The notes beneath the pieces were generated by a model. The model was not told the DNA's origin, searched no databases, and was given only the letters and a program-made list of their open reading frames with translations. Position numbers and translations under genes: made by a program. A stretch of 36,634 nucleotides of DNA from a virus. Taxonomy: Duplodnaviria > Caudoviricetes. Below are positions 27,208 to 35,869 of this stretch, in pieces. Position 1 is the stretch's first letter. The number at the start of each line of letters is the position of its first letter. Location: the IMG/VR virus record IMGVR_UViG_3300011339_000950, positions 1 through 36,634 of that record; one strand, written 5' to 3'.

Positions 27208-28791
27208 TTAATACTTATAACCAGTAAAGAGTTTCGAAGAAACATCAGTACCTATTTTTGAACCAACTCTTGATTCAACTGTTCTAGAATATTCGTATCC
27301 TTTTGTATCTTTCTCAACTATCTCTTTGCACTTATTTACAAGTGATTCGATAATTGAAGATTGATATTTGAATGCTTTAGAGAAAGTTTTCTCTTTAACA
27401 ACACTTTCTTTCTTAAGATTATCATTGCTCTCTAATAGATCAGCAATAGCTTTAACAGCTTTTGATTGAACCATTTCGTGAACATATTCAGCCATTTCAG
27501 AAACTGATTTAACACCAGCTTCAATAGCAGCGTCAACAGCTTTAGTCATTTCTTCTTTAGTGTAAACGCCTTTTTTAAGAATTTTCTCAGAAACTGCAAC
27601 TGCTTTAGCACGTTCTTGTTCAAGAACAATATTTTTAGCAATAGTTTTAGTTAAAAGAGATTCCAAAGATTCATTTTGTCTTACAGACTTGTTCATAATA
27701 TCTTTAGCTTGTTCTCTTAGTTTCTTAGATGACTTAGCTTCAGTTTTAGCTTCATCATCTTTTTTATCTTCTTCACTGTCATCTTCGTCTTTATCTTTGT
27801 CGTCCATATCATCTTCTTCAGTAACAGTTTTATCTTCATCATCCTTATTAGTTTTAACATACTGATCTCCACCATCCAAAGAATCTTCTGGAGATTCATC
27901 TTCTTCATCTTGAAGTTTAGGATCTGGTTGTTGATCTTGTGAAGTTGTTACATCCTTATCGCCTTCTACGTCTTTAGGATCTTCCTCTTCTTTAGCTGCA
28001 ATTCTAGCAAACACAGACTCTTTAATTTTAGCGAAATCACTAGGAAGTTTTTCACCAGAGTTGATTGCTGCTTTTTCAATAGCGATGATCTTTCTAACAG
28101 CTTCAGAAAGATTTTTGGTAGCTTTTAGACTAGCTACTTCTTTTTGTAATGTTGACATTGTCATATTTGATTTATTGTTGAACTTTTCTTTTATATCGTG
28201 AATATTTTTAACTGCTTCTATAAGAACTACAGACTCAGAAACTTTAACCTCTTCAGGATTTATATAAGTACCTGCAGAAGGTTGCCCTACAGCATCAGTT
28301 CCTAAATATTGGTAATCTTGAATAGTATTATCATCTTCTCTTAATCTACCAAGACCTCTAATCGAAGTACCAATAGATACACCATCTTTAAATAGAGCTT
28401 GAAGATCTTTACCTTTAGAGGTATTTAAAATTAACCAGTCATTAAATAAAACTTTCCTTCCACCAATCTCTCTAATATAAGCATCAACAACTACGTGAGA
28501 TGAATCAGATGGCTTAGGGTAAGTAGTTTCAGGATGATCGTCAGCAGTACAAATAAGTCGTCTTCCTGTAAACGCCCCGTCATTATGAGCTTCTTGGATA
28601 GATGCTCTCATTACTGTTTCAGGATAAATTCTTCCGTTAAGATTCTTTTCATCTAAAATAGTAGCAGGAACTCCTCTAACTATCATTGACCCTGATGAAG
28701 AAATTTCTTTCTTGGTGTCTTCTGATAATAGGGAATAATTAGCTCTAAAAGCTAAGCCTGATTTTTCAGTAAGTAACTTTCTTTCAATCAT
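27208..28791 (-). CDS. gp21: Prohead maturation protease (gp21-like) fused to an acidic/coiled-coil scaffold-like region
   Basis: N.NGRIYP, DHP, SHVV, L.T..G..L, G.S.RG.G, D.V..PS in the first ~180 aa; the remainder is D/E-rich then helical. Confidence 0.92.
   Translation of the reverse strand: MIERKLLTEKSGLAFRANYSLLSEDTKKEISSSGSMIVRGVPATILDEKNLNGRIYPETVMRASIQEAHNDGAFTGRRLICTADDHPETTYPKPSDSSHVVVDAYIREIGGRKVLFNDWLILNTSKGKDLQALFKDGVSIGTSIRGLGRLREDDNTIQDYQYLGTDAVGQPSAGTYINPEEVKVSESVVLIEAVKNIHDIKEKFNNKSNMTMSTLQKEVASLKATKNLSEAVRKIIAIEKAAINSGEKLPSDFAKIKESVFARIAAKEEEDPKDVEGDKDVTTSQDQQPDPKLQDEEDESPEDSLDGGDQYVKTNKDDEDKTVTEEDDMDDKDKDEDDSEEDKKDDEAKTEAKSSKKLREQAKDIMNKSVRQNESLESLLTKTIAKNIVLEQERAKAVAVSEKILKKGVYTKEEMTKAVDAAIEAGVKSVSEMAEYVHEMVQSKAVKAIADLLESNDNLKKESVVKEKTFSKAFKYQSSIIESLVNKCKEIVEKDTKGYEYSRTVESRVGSKIGTDVSSKLFTGYKY
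27910..27966 (-). repeat. 57-bp dispersed coding repeat, copy A (EGDKDVTTSQDQQPDPKLQ)
   Basis: Matches 22076-22132. Confidence 0.95.
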
Positions 28792-28827
28792 TATATGATA
28801 AACATTAAAATTGTTTCTATCTTAATT

Positions 28828-28834
28828 ACAAGTC
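28828..28834 (-). promoter_or_regulatory. GACTnGT motif (candidate phage promoter element)
   Basis: GACTTGT 36 nt upstream of the protease ATG; same spacing at three other genes. Confidence 0.4.
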
Positions 28835-28858
28835 CAAATTTAAAGCAAAAACTAGTAC

Positions 28859-29254
28859 CTAATTAGAAGACAGATATTCAGACAGCTCATCAGGTGTTAT
28901 ATTAAACACTGATAAGATGTATAACTTCAAATCCATAGGACTAGCGTCGTATAGCGGAGCTGCGTTAGTTAACTTCTTAGACAAGAGTAAATCTTTCTTT
29001 GATACAAGAGCAAATATTCTCTCAACAATAATCTCTTGATTCTTACAAATATTTCTTAATTCTGGGATGCGCTTGATCTGTTCTACAGACAAGTTCCTTT
29101 TCATCACGGTCTTCATTAATTCAGACCAACGAGGCATGTAGTAAGATAAAAATCTATATTTAGATTCTTTACCTAGATCTCTATTGGAGTCATCGATTCC
29201 GATGTTAAATCTCCAACATATTTTATAATTCCTCTGGACCAAATTGCTTGACAT
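28859..29254 (-). CDS. Hypothetical protein
   Basis: ORF track. Confidence 0.55.
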   Translation of the reverse strand: MSSNLVQRNYKICWRFNIGIDDSNRDLGKESKYRFLSYYMPRWSELMKTVMKRNLSVEQIKRIPELRNICKNQEIIVERIFALVSKKDLLLSKKLTNAAPLYDASPMDLKLYILSVFNITPDELSEYLSSN

Positions 29255-29582
29255 TATCTAATTCCTCGAATATTTTATCTGAGTTTATTGATTTATCTTC
29301 TTTAAGATAAACCTTCCCATTATCATAGTTAACTATTACTTCTGCTTTACTTGTTAGCTTAGAAAAAGCAATACCATAATTTCTCTTATTCATTATCTGT
29401 TTCCAGATATCAACTATAAAGAAGAAGTCAACCGGATATTCCGAATCACCCTTCAACTCTCTAATGTCAATGAAGCCTAAATTAAAAGATAATTTATGAG
29501 ATTTAGTTCCCGTAGCAACGAAGTTCTCTATGTTATCCTTTAACTCCTGTAAATGGGAGTCTTGTTTAAGAGTATTTTCCAT
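29223..29582 (-). CDS. Hypothetical protein
   Basis: ORF track. Confidence 0.55.
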   Translation of the reverse strand: MENTLKQDSHLQELKDNIENFVATGTKSHKLSFNLGFIDIRELKGDSEYPVDFFFIVDIWKQIMNKRNYGIAFSKLTSKAEVIVNYDNGKVYLKEDKSINSDKIFEELDNVKQFGPEEL

Positions 29583-29584
29583 GA

Positions 29585-29881
29585 TTATTTAAATTTACTA
29601 ACAGATAAGTAAATTATACCTGTTAATACTGTTTCTACTAATAGTACTAATTTACTATCAAAATTAACGCCTTGAACAATTACCTTAACTAAATAAGACA
29701 AACATATTATAAATAGAACTAGTACTAGGAAGATTCTTTTATTCTCTTTAAATAACTTAAAAAGAGATAACTTATCTATCTTCTCTTCCTCTTGTAGAAT
29801 CTTTCTGCTCTTTGCGGCACTCCAAGAGGCTAGTAATACTGGAATGAAATGAAGAGATTTTACTATAAATGATAATATCAT
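29585..29881 (-). CDS. Small membrane protein (about 3 hydrophobic segments)
   Basis: Hydrophobic stretches at the N-terminus, IFLVLVLFIICLSYLVKVIV and LVLLVETVLTGIIYLSV; ATGA overlap with the upstream gene. Confidence 0.6.
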   Translation of the reverse strand: MILSFIVKSLHFIPVLLASWSAAKSRKILQEEEKIDKLSLFKLFKENKRIFLVLVLFIICLSYLVKVIVQGVNFDSKLVLLVETVLTGIIYLSVSKFK

Positions 29882-30204
29882 TTTTCTTTTCCCTTTAGAA
29901 GTTTTAACACTTCAATTAGTGCCGATATTTTATCAGGAGATTTTAAAGCATCTAAAAGAGCTTTTAAAACTTCTAGGATATCAATAGCAAAAATTGATAT
30001 CAAAAAGACTATTGCGCTACAAACCAAATCATTCTTATCTGGACTTGAAACTAAATAGTAAAACAATATTCTATAACAAAGTATAGAAACTATTATAACT
30101 TCTAAAGTAAACAGTAAATTCCTTCTCTTCATAATCATAAAGACACGAAGAATCCCAGCAGATAACCCTATTAATAATATGTTTATTAGATCATTCGAAA
30201 ACAT
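29878..30204 (-). CDS. Small 3-TM membrane protein, holin-like
   Basis: Three hydrophobic segments and a basic C-terminus (LKLLKGKEK); 108 aa. Confidence 0.55.
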   Translation of the reverse strand: MFSNDLINILLIGLSAGILRVFMIMKRRNLLFTLEVIIVSILCYRILFYYLVSSPDKNDLVCSAIVFLISIFAIDILEVLKALLDALKSPDKISALIEVLKLLKGKEK

Positions 30205-30205
30205 T

Positions 30206-30250
30206 ATACTTTGTATTAAATATTAACATCGTGAATATTATACAAAGTAT
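30206..30250. promoter_or_regulatory. Inverted repeat abutting the holin-like start codon
   Basis: ATACTTTGTAT (30206-30216) pairs with ATACAAAGTAT (30240-30250); inner AATATT/AATATT pairing; ATG at 30204. Confidence 0.6.
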
Positions 30251-30264
30251 TTTATTTTACCTAC

Positions 30265-32007
30265 TTACAAGTCGTCTATTTCCTCATGAAGACTTTCAAT
30301 TAAAGTTACCATTTTCTCTTTATTATCACCTTTCTCAAAGAAACCTTGGAAGTGTTCTCTATATACATCAGAAGAATCTACAACAGAGTAATAGTTTTCT
30401 GAACCTTCAGTGCTATATAAACCATCCTTATTAGGAGAATCTTTATCATTATCCTTGGGTTGATCACCGTCTGAATATGGAGCTTCTGGTTTAGGATCTT
30501 TAAGATTCTCTGGTGAGAACATCTTGCAAAGATGATTAGGTAATCCTAATTGCTTTAATAGGGCTTGGAATAATCCCTTAGGAACTATCGGATCTTTACC
30601 TTCATCAGTCTGGTTAGATTTTCTGAATGTATCGATCATCTTGCCAACATTCTCAAAGATATCCGAATAGATTTCTAATAGTTCGGCAGCAACTTGAGGT
30701 GGTCTTTTTACTTTAACCTTTAATCCTAAATTAGCTAAATCAGCCATAGGATCCAAGATACCAGCAAGACACATACAAAGTTTAGTCATACCAGTAGCAT
30801 ATCCTCTTTCATAAGGAACTAAACTTCTAGCAAACTTTAAATCTTGAGCTCTTAGTGCTCCACCTTGATCTCCAAGTCCACCACCTGAATCAGTAACGAA
30901 ATAACCCTTAGGCATTCTTGTTGCAACAATGGCTTTATCTCTAAAGTATTCTACGTCGTCAACAGATGAGATATCAATATTAGATTGGATCTTATCAATT
31001 GCAAATCCATCAATAGAAGGCATAAACAATATCTCTGTAAGAGCTGCGATTTTACCCTTGCTCTTAACACTTCCTGAAGTATTATCTTGGAAGATAACAT
31101 TCTTCCATTGAGACTTGAACTGGTTCAACTTACTCATCGCATGAGTAGGATTGTTATTACCAGTAGGAATTTTTACAACTAATCTCTCAACCTTAGATGC
31201 TCTTGATAAAGCAAGTAATCCTTCAATCGTCATCAATTGATCAAATACTACTCTCATGCCTTCAAGAAGAGATCTTCCGTATGGGCGAGTGTCTAGATTA
31301 GCAATTGTTGATTGAATGAATAACCAAGGTGGAATTGTTTTATCCATCTGAAGCTTCTTCATGATCTCAGGAGGATAGAACTCTGCGGTTAGAATTTGAT
31401 ATCCAATTGGTTGTCTTATACCTTTAGCTACAATAGCTTTCCAATCTTTAGGAACTAGAGGCTTAATAGTAATATTGTTTTTATTTCCATCTTCAGGGAC
31501 TAATATTTGATAGCCTAAGTCCCCGTACTTACACAGATTTCTAATGTCAGCTCTTGAATTCTCTAAGATAGCACTTTTCTTAAGAATATCTAAAACTTTC
31601 TTTTGTAATTGTTTATCTCTAAAAGTAATCTCAACAGGGTGATCTAAGAAACCAACAGACAATGCTTCATCTGCATATGTGTCTAAGGTTATGATTGCTT
31701 CAGTCATCGTAGCATCCATGCTATCATAAATAGCATATTTCTGCATTCTAGCATTCTCGATATCTGTAATCTCGGAACCATTATCAGTCCAGAATTCCAA
31801 GAAAGATCTCATTGTGTGCTTATCGCCAACTAGATCACCGAAACCCTTAGGGATAATAATTGAATCATCTTCCTTACCAGTTTTACCTGGAATGTATTCT
31901 AAATTGAATCTATCGGCAAATCTTTTAGCTAACTCAGGAGTTATACTATCTGGTAGTTCTAACTTATTAGCATCTCCAGAGAATCTTTTGAAAAAATTTC
32001 CCAACAT
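30265..32007 (-). CDS. gp20: Portal protein (gp20-like)
   Basis: Y..MD....A...LD.YADE, R...KYGD, PYGRSLLE..R....QL...E......R....ER.V.KI..GN, DDVEYFRDK......PK.Y, D.KFAR. Confidence 0.93.
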   Translation of the reverse strand: MLGNFFKRFSGDANKLELPDSITPELAKRFADRFNLEYIPGKTGKEDDSIIIPKGFGDLVGDKHTMRSFLEFWTDNGSEITDIENARMQKYAIYDSMDATMTEAIITLDTYADEALSVGFLDHPVEITFRDKQLQKKVLDILKKSAILENSRADIRNLCKYGDLGYQILVPEDGNKNNITIKPLVPKDWKAIVAKGIRQPIGYQILTAEFYPPEIMKKLQMDKTIPPWLFIQSTIANLDTRPYGRSLLEGMRVVFDQLMTIEGLLALSRASKVERLVVKIPTGNNNPTHAMSKLNQFKSQWKNVIFQDNTSGSVKSKGKIAALTEILFMPSIDGFAIDKIQSNIDISSVDDVEYFRDKAIVATRMPKGYFVTDSGGGLGDQGGALRAQDLKFARSLVPYERGYATGMTKLCMCLAGILDPMADLANLGLKVKVKRPPQVAAELLEIYSDIFENVGKMIDTFRKSNQTDEGKDPIVPKGLFQALLKQLGLPNHLCKMFSPENLKDPKPEAPYSDGDQPKDNDKDSPNKDGLYSTEGSENYYSVVDSSDVYREHFQGFFEKGDNKEKMVTLIESLHEEIDDL

Positions 32008-32008
32008 A

Positions 32009-32500
32009 CTAAATCTCCTTTTTGGTTACTACTGAATTCTCATCAGAGATAGACCACTCAAAAACAGCTTTAGTCTCAGATTCAACTGCTCTGACATACG
32101 GCTTTTCTCCTCTCACAAGAGCACAAACAGCATATCTTTTATTATTGCTTTTTATAGATGATTTGATCATTAAGATTTTAGAATTTTCATCACAGAAAAA
32201 GTTATAGTTACTTTTTTCATCTAACGGCATTGGAGTAACTAAGAACATAAATACTGGTAATTCTTGTTGATTAGTTGCCTCTTCTGGAATATTCTCAAAT
32301 TCATTAGCAGGATCACCACAAACTGTAATTCTTATCTCTTTCGTATCATCATTAACGCTATCTATATTAACAATATCTCCTCTTGCGAAGGGTTTATCTC
32401 CGATAATTCTCATCAATTCAGAGTAATACCAGAATTCGTAAGAGTGTTTATTATCTATCCCAATTTTACTTGAGTAGTTCATTATTGCGTAAGCTTGCAT
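32009..32500 (-). CDS. Hypothetical protein
   Basis: ORF track; ends 1 nt before the portal start. Confidence 0.6.
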   Translation of the reverse strand: MQAYAIMNYSSKIGIDNKHSYEFWYYSELMRIIGDKPFARGDIVNIDSVNDDTKEIRITVCGDPANEFENIPEEATNQQELPVFMFLVTPMPLDEKSNYNFFCDENSKILMIKSSIKSNNKRYAVCALVRGEKPYVRAVESETKAVFEWSISDENSVVTKKEI

Positions 32501-32508
32501 CTTGAATA

Positions 32509-32688
32509 TTATTTTAATTTTTTAATCTTCTTTTTGACAAAGAAAGTTATTAACGGATAAAAATTTTTATCAGCATCAGTCATCCCAATGTCTTTAACAA
32601 TCTTCTCGGAATCTTTCCAAATATCTTCAACTTTATCTATTGACAAGTTATTTTTCTTAGCCAAGGATTTAACTACTGAATTTGGCAT
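32509..32688 (-). CDS. Small basic hypothetical protein (59 aa); not in the ORF track
   Basis: Own translation: MPNSVVKSLAKKNNLSIDKVEDIWKDSEKIVKDIGMTDADKNFYPLITFFVKKKIKKLK*; TAATG coupling to the upstream ORF. Confidence 0.75.
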   Translation of the reverse strand: MPNSVVKSLAKKNNLSIDKVEDIWKDSEKIVKDIGMTDADKNFYPLITFFVKKKIKKLK

Positions 32689-32864
32689 TAGTCTCTAATT
32701 GGTCTAAGAATTTTTAATTCATTATCTTTGAGAATTGCTTTCCCTTGATTAGACTCATTAATTCTTGAGGCAATAGCTTGTGCTTCAGTTTCTGAAACAA
32801 ATTGCTTGTCTAAACTAAATGATTCTTTAGCTTTATTATCGGCTAAAATTTTAATGTCGCTCAT
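32688..32864 (-). CDS. Small hypothetical protein (58 aa); not in the ORF track
   Basis: Own translation: MSDIKILADNKAKESFSLDKQFVSETEAQAIASRINESNQGKAILKDNELKILRPIRD*; GACTTGT 35 nt upstream. Confidence 0.7.
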   Translation of the reverse strand: MSDIKILADNKAKESFSLDKQFVSETEAQAIASRINESNQGKAILKDNELKILRPIRD

Positions 32865-33118
32865 AAATATTAAAGTTTAATTATTAATCTCACTACATAA
32901 CAAGTCGACTAAAATAATGCTTTCACCTCTGTTAGATCCGATAGATTAATTGATCTTTGATTTGGAATTTCTGCTTAATTAAGTTATCTTCCTTAAGTGT
33001 TTTTATATTTAATACACATACCATCTCCTTCACAATACTATAATTAATAAAGACTTTCTCTATACACAATAAATTTATCAGAACCATGGAAATTAAATTT
33101 TTCTTATATTAACACATA

Positions 33119-33607
33119 TTAAACACTTGAGTCGTCTTTTAATTTACTATTAGTTAGTTGTTGATTTATGTGATTCAAAATAATTCTTTGATCAGATAAA
33201 GTACTTATAATAGTGGGATCACTTAAATCACCATCAGCCAAAATATCACTTATCTTATTAACACAATCAATATTCAACATCATAATCCCCTGTTTTCCAG
33301 CTCGAGTATTTCTATTATAGTGTTCTAATCTTCTCTCTAAGATATCATATCTCTTTTTATTTTCTTCAACAATTTCATCTAGCTGAACTTTAACCGCTGT
33401 TGTTATAATAGGCACTAGTTTCTCAACAATGATGGGCATAAATTCTTCAAGTAATTCCTTAGAGAATTTCTTCCTTTCAGTCTTAAACATCCATGCTAAT
33501 AATTTAGATCCCCATTTCCATAATAATTTAGCTATAATCCCTAGGAATAGTAGTATTCCTCCGAATGAAAGCTTTATCATTAATTCTTCTTTAGTGTACA
33601 TTTCCAT
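33119..33607 (-). CDS. Single-pass membrane protein with coiled-coil tail
   Basis: LSFGGILLFLGIIAKLLW transmembrane segment followed by a helical charged region. Confidence 0.6.
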   Translation of the reverse strand: MEMYTKEELMIKLSFGGILLFLGIIAKLLWKWGSKLLAWMFKTERKKFSKELLEEFMPIIVEKLVPIITTAVKVQLDEIVEENKKRYDILERRLEHYNRNTRAGKQGIMMLNIDCVNKISDILADGDLSDPTIISTLSDQRIILNHINQQLTNSKLKDDSSV

Positions 33608-33787
33608 AGTATTTACAACATTCTTGCCATTAAAATTTTGGATTCATAACTTACAATATCAGATCTACCATTAATGACGATGAGAACTTGATTCAAGCTC
33701 CAGCATAGTCACTCCAAGAATATTATTAATTTAGCTATCTCTCTCTCTCTTATACTAGTCTTACTACATTATACAGAGATTCTCATG

Positions 33788-34591
33788 TTAATATAACTTT
33801 TTAATAATTAACAAAATTGACTCAACTCCGTATGGTAATACTGTCATTACTGTGGCTCCGGTTAAGAGTTCTCCTAGCTGAGTATTGCCTTGAAGCCACG
33901 CTGGCCATCTATCTCTATTTAGATGATTTATTTTATCATAACACCAAGACATAGCATAACCTGTTGGGAAGATAAACGGTAGCATCCAAAACACATTTAA
34001 ATCATAAACGAAAAACATGTGAAGAGAAACTACAAGTGGCCCAGGAACTGAGAATCCTAAACCTCTGATTCCCATAGAAAATTTCTCCATTTCTATTCTC
34101 CAGTGTAGAGGTCTAACATCTCCAGCTGGGGAATCAACTAAATTAAATCTTTTCTTAAGAGCAGCATAATCATCTACTGATATCTTAGTAGCCCAGTTAG
34201 AGGGGATCCACTTAGCACCATATTTTAAATATGAAATCCACTCAACCCAGATAGCGTCTGGATTATGCGACCAGCTATCTTCAGCTCTACCAACAAAAAA
34301 CCATGATCCCCATCCTGGTAATAAGCCAATTATCCACGAAACTAAGAATGTTACCATAAACCATGCTAAATCAATAAATGAATTTAAGGGATCAACTCTT
34401 AATAACAAGTAATAAGGAAGATAAAATGAGATAGTAATTAATAATGCAAGAATTATTCTCTTAACACCGTGACTTAATTTTTGAAGAGGCTTGTATGAAA
34501 TGCTTTCTTGACCACCGCCTCTAAGTCTGTTCCATAATCCTCCGAAACACCCTAGTCCTAAGCCTAAAAAGAATATATTAAGAATAATCAT
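33788..34591 (-). CDS. Multi-pass Trp/Gly-rich membrane protein of unknown function
   Basis: Several hydrophobic segments; GGLWNRLRGGG, PGWGSW, GELLTGA. Confidence 0.65.
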   Translation of the reverse strand: MIILNIFFLGLGLGCFGGLWNRLRGGGQESISYKPLQKLSHGVKRIILALLITISFYLPYYLLLRVDPLNSFIDLAWFMVTFLVSWIIGLLPGWGSWFFVGRAEDSWSHNPDAIWVEWISYLKYGAKWIPSNWATKISVDDYAALKKRFNLVDSPAGDVRPLHWRIEMEKFSMGIRGLGFSVPGPLVVSLHMFFVYDLNVFWMLPFIFPTGYAMSWCYDKINHLNRDRWPAWLQGNTQLGELLTGATVMTVLPYGVESILLIIKKLY

Positions 34592-34596
34592 AAAAT

Positions 34597-34633
34597 ACTA
34601 GTATTGGTTAATGTTTTAATTACCAATACTAGT
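34597..34633. promoter_or_regulatory. 12-bp inverted repeat 5 nt upstream of the membrane-protein start
   Basis: ACTAGTATTGGT (34597-34608) and ACCAATACTAGT (34622-34633); the upstream arm overlaps a GACTAGT motif. Confidence 0.6.
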
Positions 34634-34663
34634 CGCGCTATTTAAATCAAAGACTTCTTGTAA

Positions 34664-35065
34664 CTAACCCTGATCATCACTAACAAGTTTAGCTTCAGCT
34701 CTTCTCAAATTTCTCAGAATAGTTTTCATTTTACCCGGAAGAGTTCCAATCAAAGACTTAGCCTTGCCTGCAACTTTTTCTCCGTTAATGACCCCGGAAT
34801 ACATAATTGTTGTATCATCTCCAATAACCATCATTAGAGTATTACCCTTATGCGCCCAAGAGTAGCCAAGATCACCATTTTGACATGGCATAATAAATGG
34901 CACAGGAATTCTACTATCTTCATTTAGGAATCTCTTAACAATAACTGAGTGGCGAATCTGTAATTCACGTACAGCCTTGTACTCTTGTTTATTCCAATTA
35001 TCTTCTAGACACTCTTTCTTAATGTCTTCTAGTTGTTCCTCAAAGCTAAGATTTAATTCAGTCAT
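34664..35065 (-). CDS. Hypothetical protein
   Basis: ORF track; DNW...P.I.P...G.....W pattern, function unknown. Confidence 0.55.
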   Translation of the reverse strand: MTELNLSFEEQLEDIKKECLEDNWNKQEYKAVRELQIRHSVIVKRFLNEDSRIPVPFIMPCQNGDLGYSWAHKGNTLMMVIGDDTTIMYSGVINGEKVAGKAKSLIGTLPGKMKTILRNLRRAEAKLVSDDQG

Positions 35066-35076
35066 AAGTATTTTAT

Positions 35077-35586
35077 TTATTTATTGTTCATTGGTTTGAA
35101 TTCGGTATCAAGATCTTTAACAATCTCATTACCTAACTTAATAGAAAATCCAGTAGGACGTTCTCTTAAAATATTTTTATCATCAACATCTTGTCTCAAA
35201 TATGCTAAGGTAATATGGGGCTTATATTCTGGATAGTTAGAAGTTGCTCCAAGATATTTACCATAATTGTTTCTAGCTTTTAATCTCCAATCATCTACTT
35301 TTAACACTAAAGCATGCTTGAATTCTGGATCAACTTTAGAATCAAATAATTCTAATTTAATAGAATTATTAATAAGCATATCTCTACTATCAATTTCGTA
35401 GACATAATCAGAAACTACATAACCTTCAATTGGAGTTTGGCTATATTGAAGAGTTACGTGATAATCTTTAGGATCAACTAATTGGGACTTATCCATATTG
35501 TACTTACTAAATACATTAGAGATCCACTTATTAAGATCCTCAGCATTTAATACTCCTAAAGAGATATAGCCATTTTTAACAATCAT
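35077..35586 (-). CDS. acb1: 2H phosphoesterase, Acb1/T4 gp57B-like (anti-CBASS nuclease candidate)
   Basis: Two HxT motifs in Acb1-like context: YHVTLQYS and GATSNYPEYKPHITLAY; ALVL between them; 169 aa. Confidence 0.8.
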   Translation of the reverse strand: MIVKNGYISLGVLNAEDLNKWISNVFSKYNMDKSQLVDPKDYHVTLQYSQTPIEGYVVSDYVYEIDSRDMLINNSIKLELFDSKVDPEFKHALVLKVDDWRLKARNNYGKYLGATSNYPEYKPHITLAYLRQDVDDKNILRERPTGFSIKLGNEIVKDLDTEFKPMNNK

Positions 35587-35869
35587 GATTTATATTTAAT
35601 TTATTTAAGCAATCCTCGAAAGGCTTGTAGTTACTATTTAATTCTTTATATCTTTTTAAATATCTCTTAACGATGACTATATTCATGTAAACTTCCCCAT
35701 AAGTTTTATCCATGAAATAACACATCTCACACTTGTCAGTCATATTAAAAACTGTAGCTATAAACTTCTCAATATCAACTCTTAAGTACCCAAATACTGG
35801 TTGTCCATCTGATAACTTAATCACGTGTGCCCGAGGTTGGTGATGTATATAAAGTATTTTATAGTTCAT
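35576..35869 (-). CDS. Hypothetical protein
   Basis: ORF track; TAATG overlap with the upstream gene. Confidence 0.5.
   Translation of the reverse strand: MNYKILYIHHQPRAHVIKLSDGQPVFGYLRVDIEKFIATVFNMTDKCEMCYFMDKTYGEVYMNIVIVKRYLKRYKELNSNYKPFEDCLNKLNINHDC

Noticed and set aside
32933-33087. Possible ~51-codon minus-strand ORF (MVLINLLCIEKVF...), coordinates approximate
   Set aside because: Short, not coupled to neighbours, no recognisable features; cannot be supported.
33738-33750. Short (TC)n dinucleotide run in an intergenic gap
   Set aside because: About six units only, with no evidence of phase variation.
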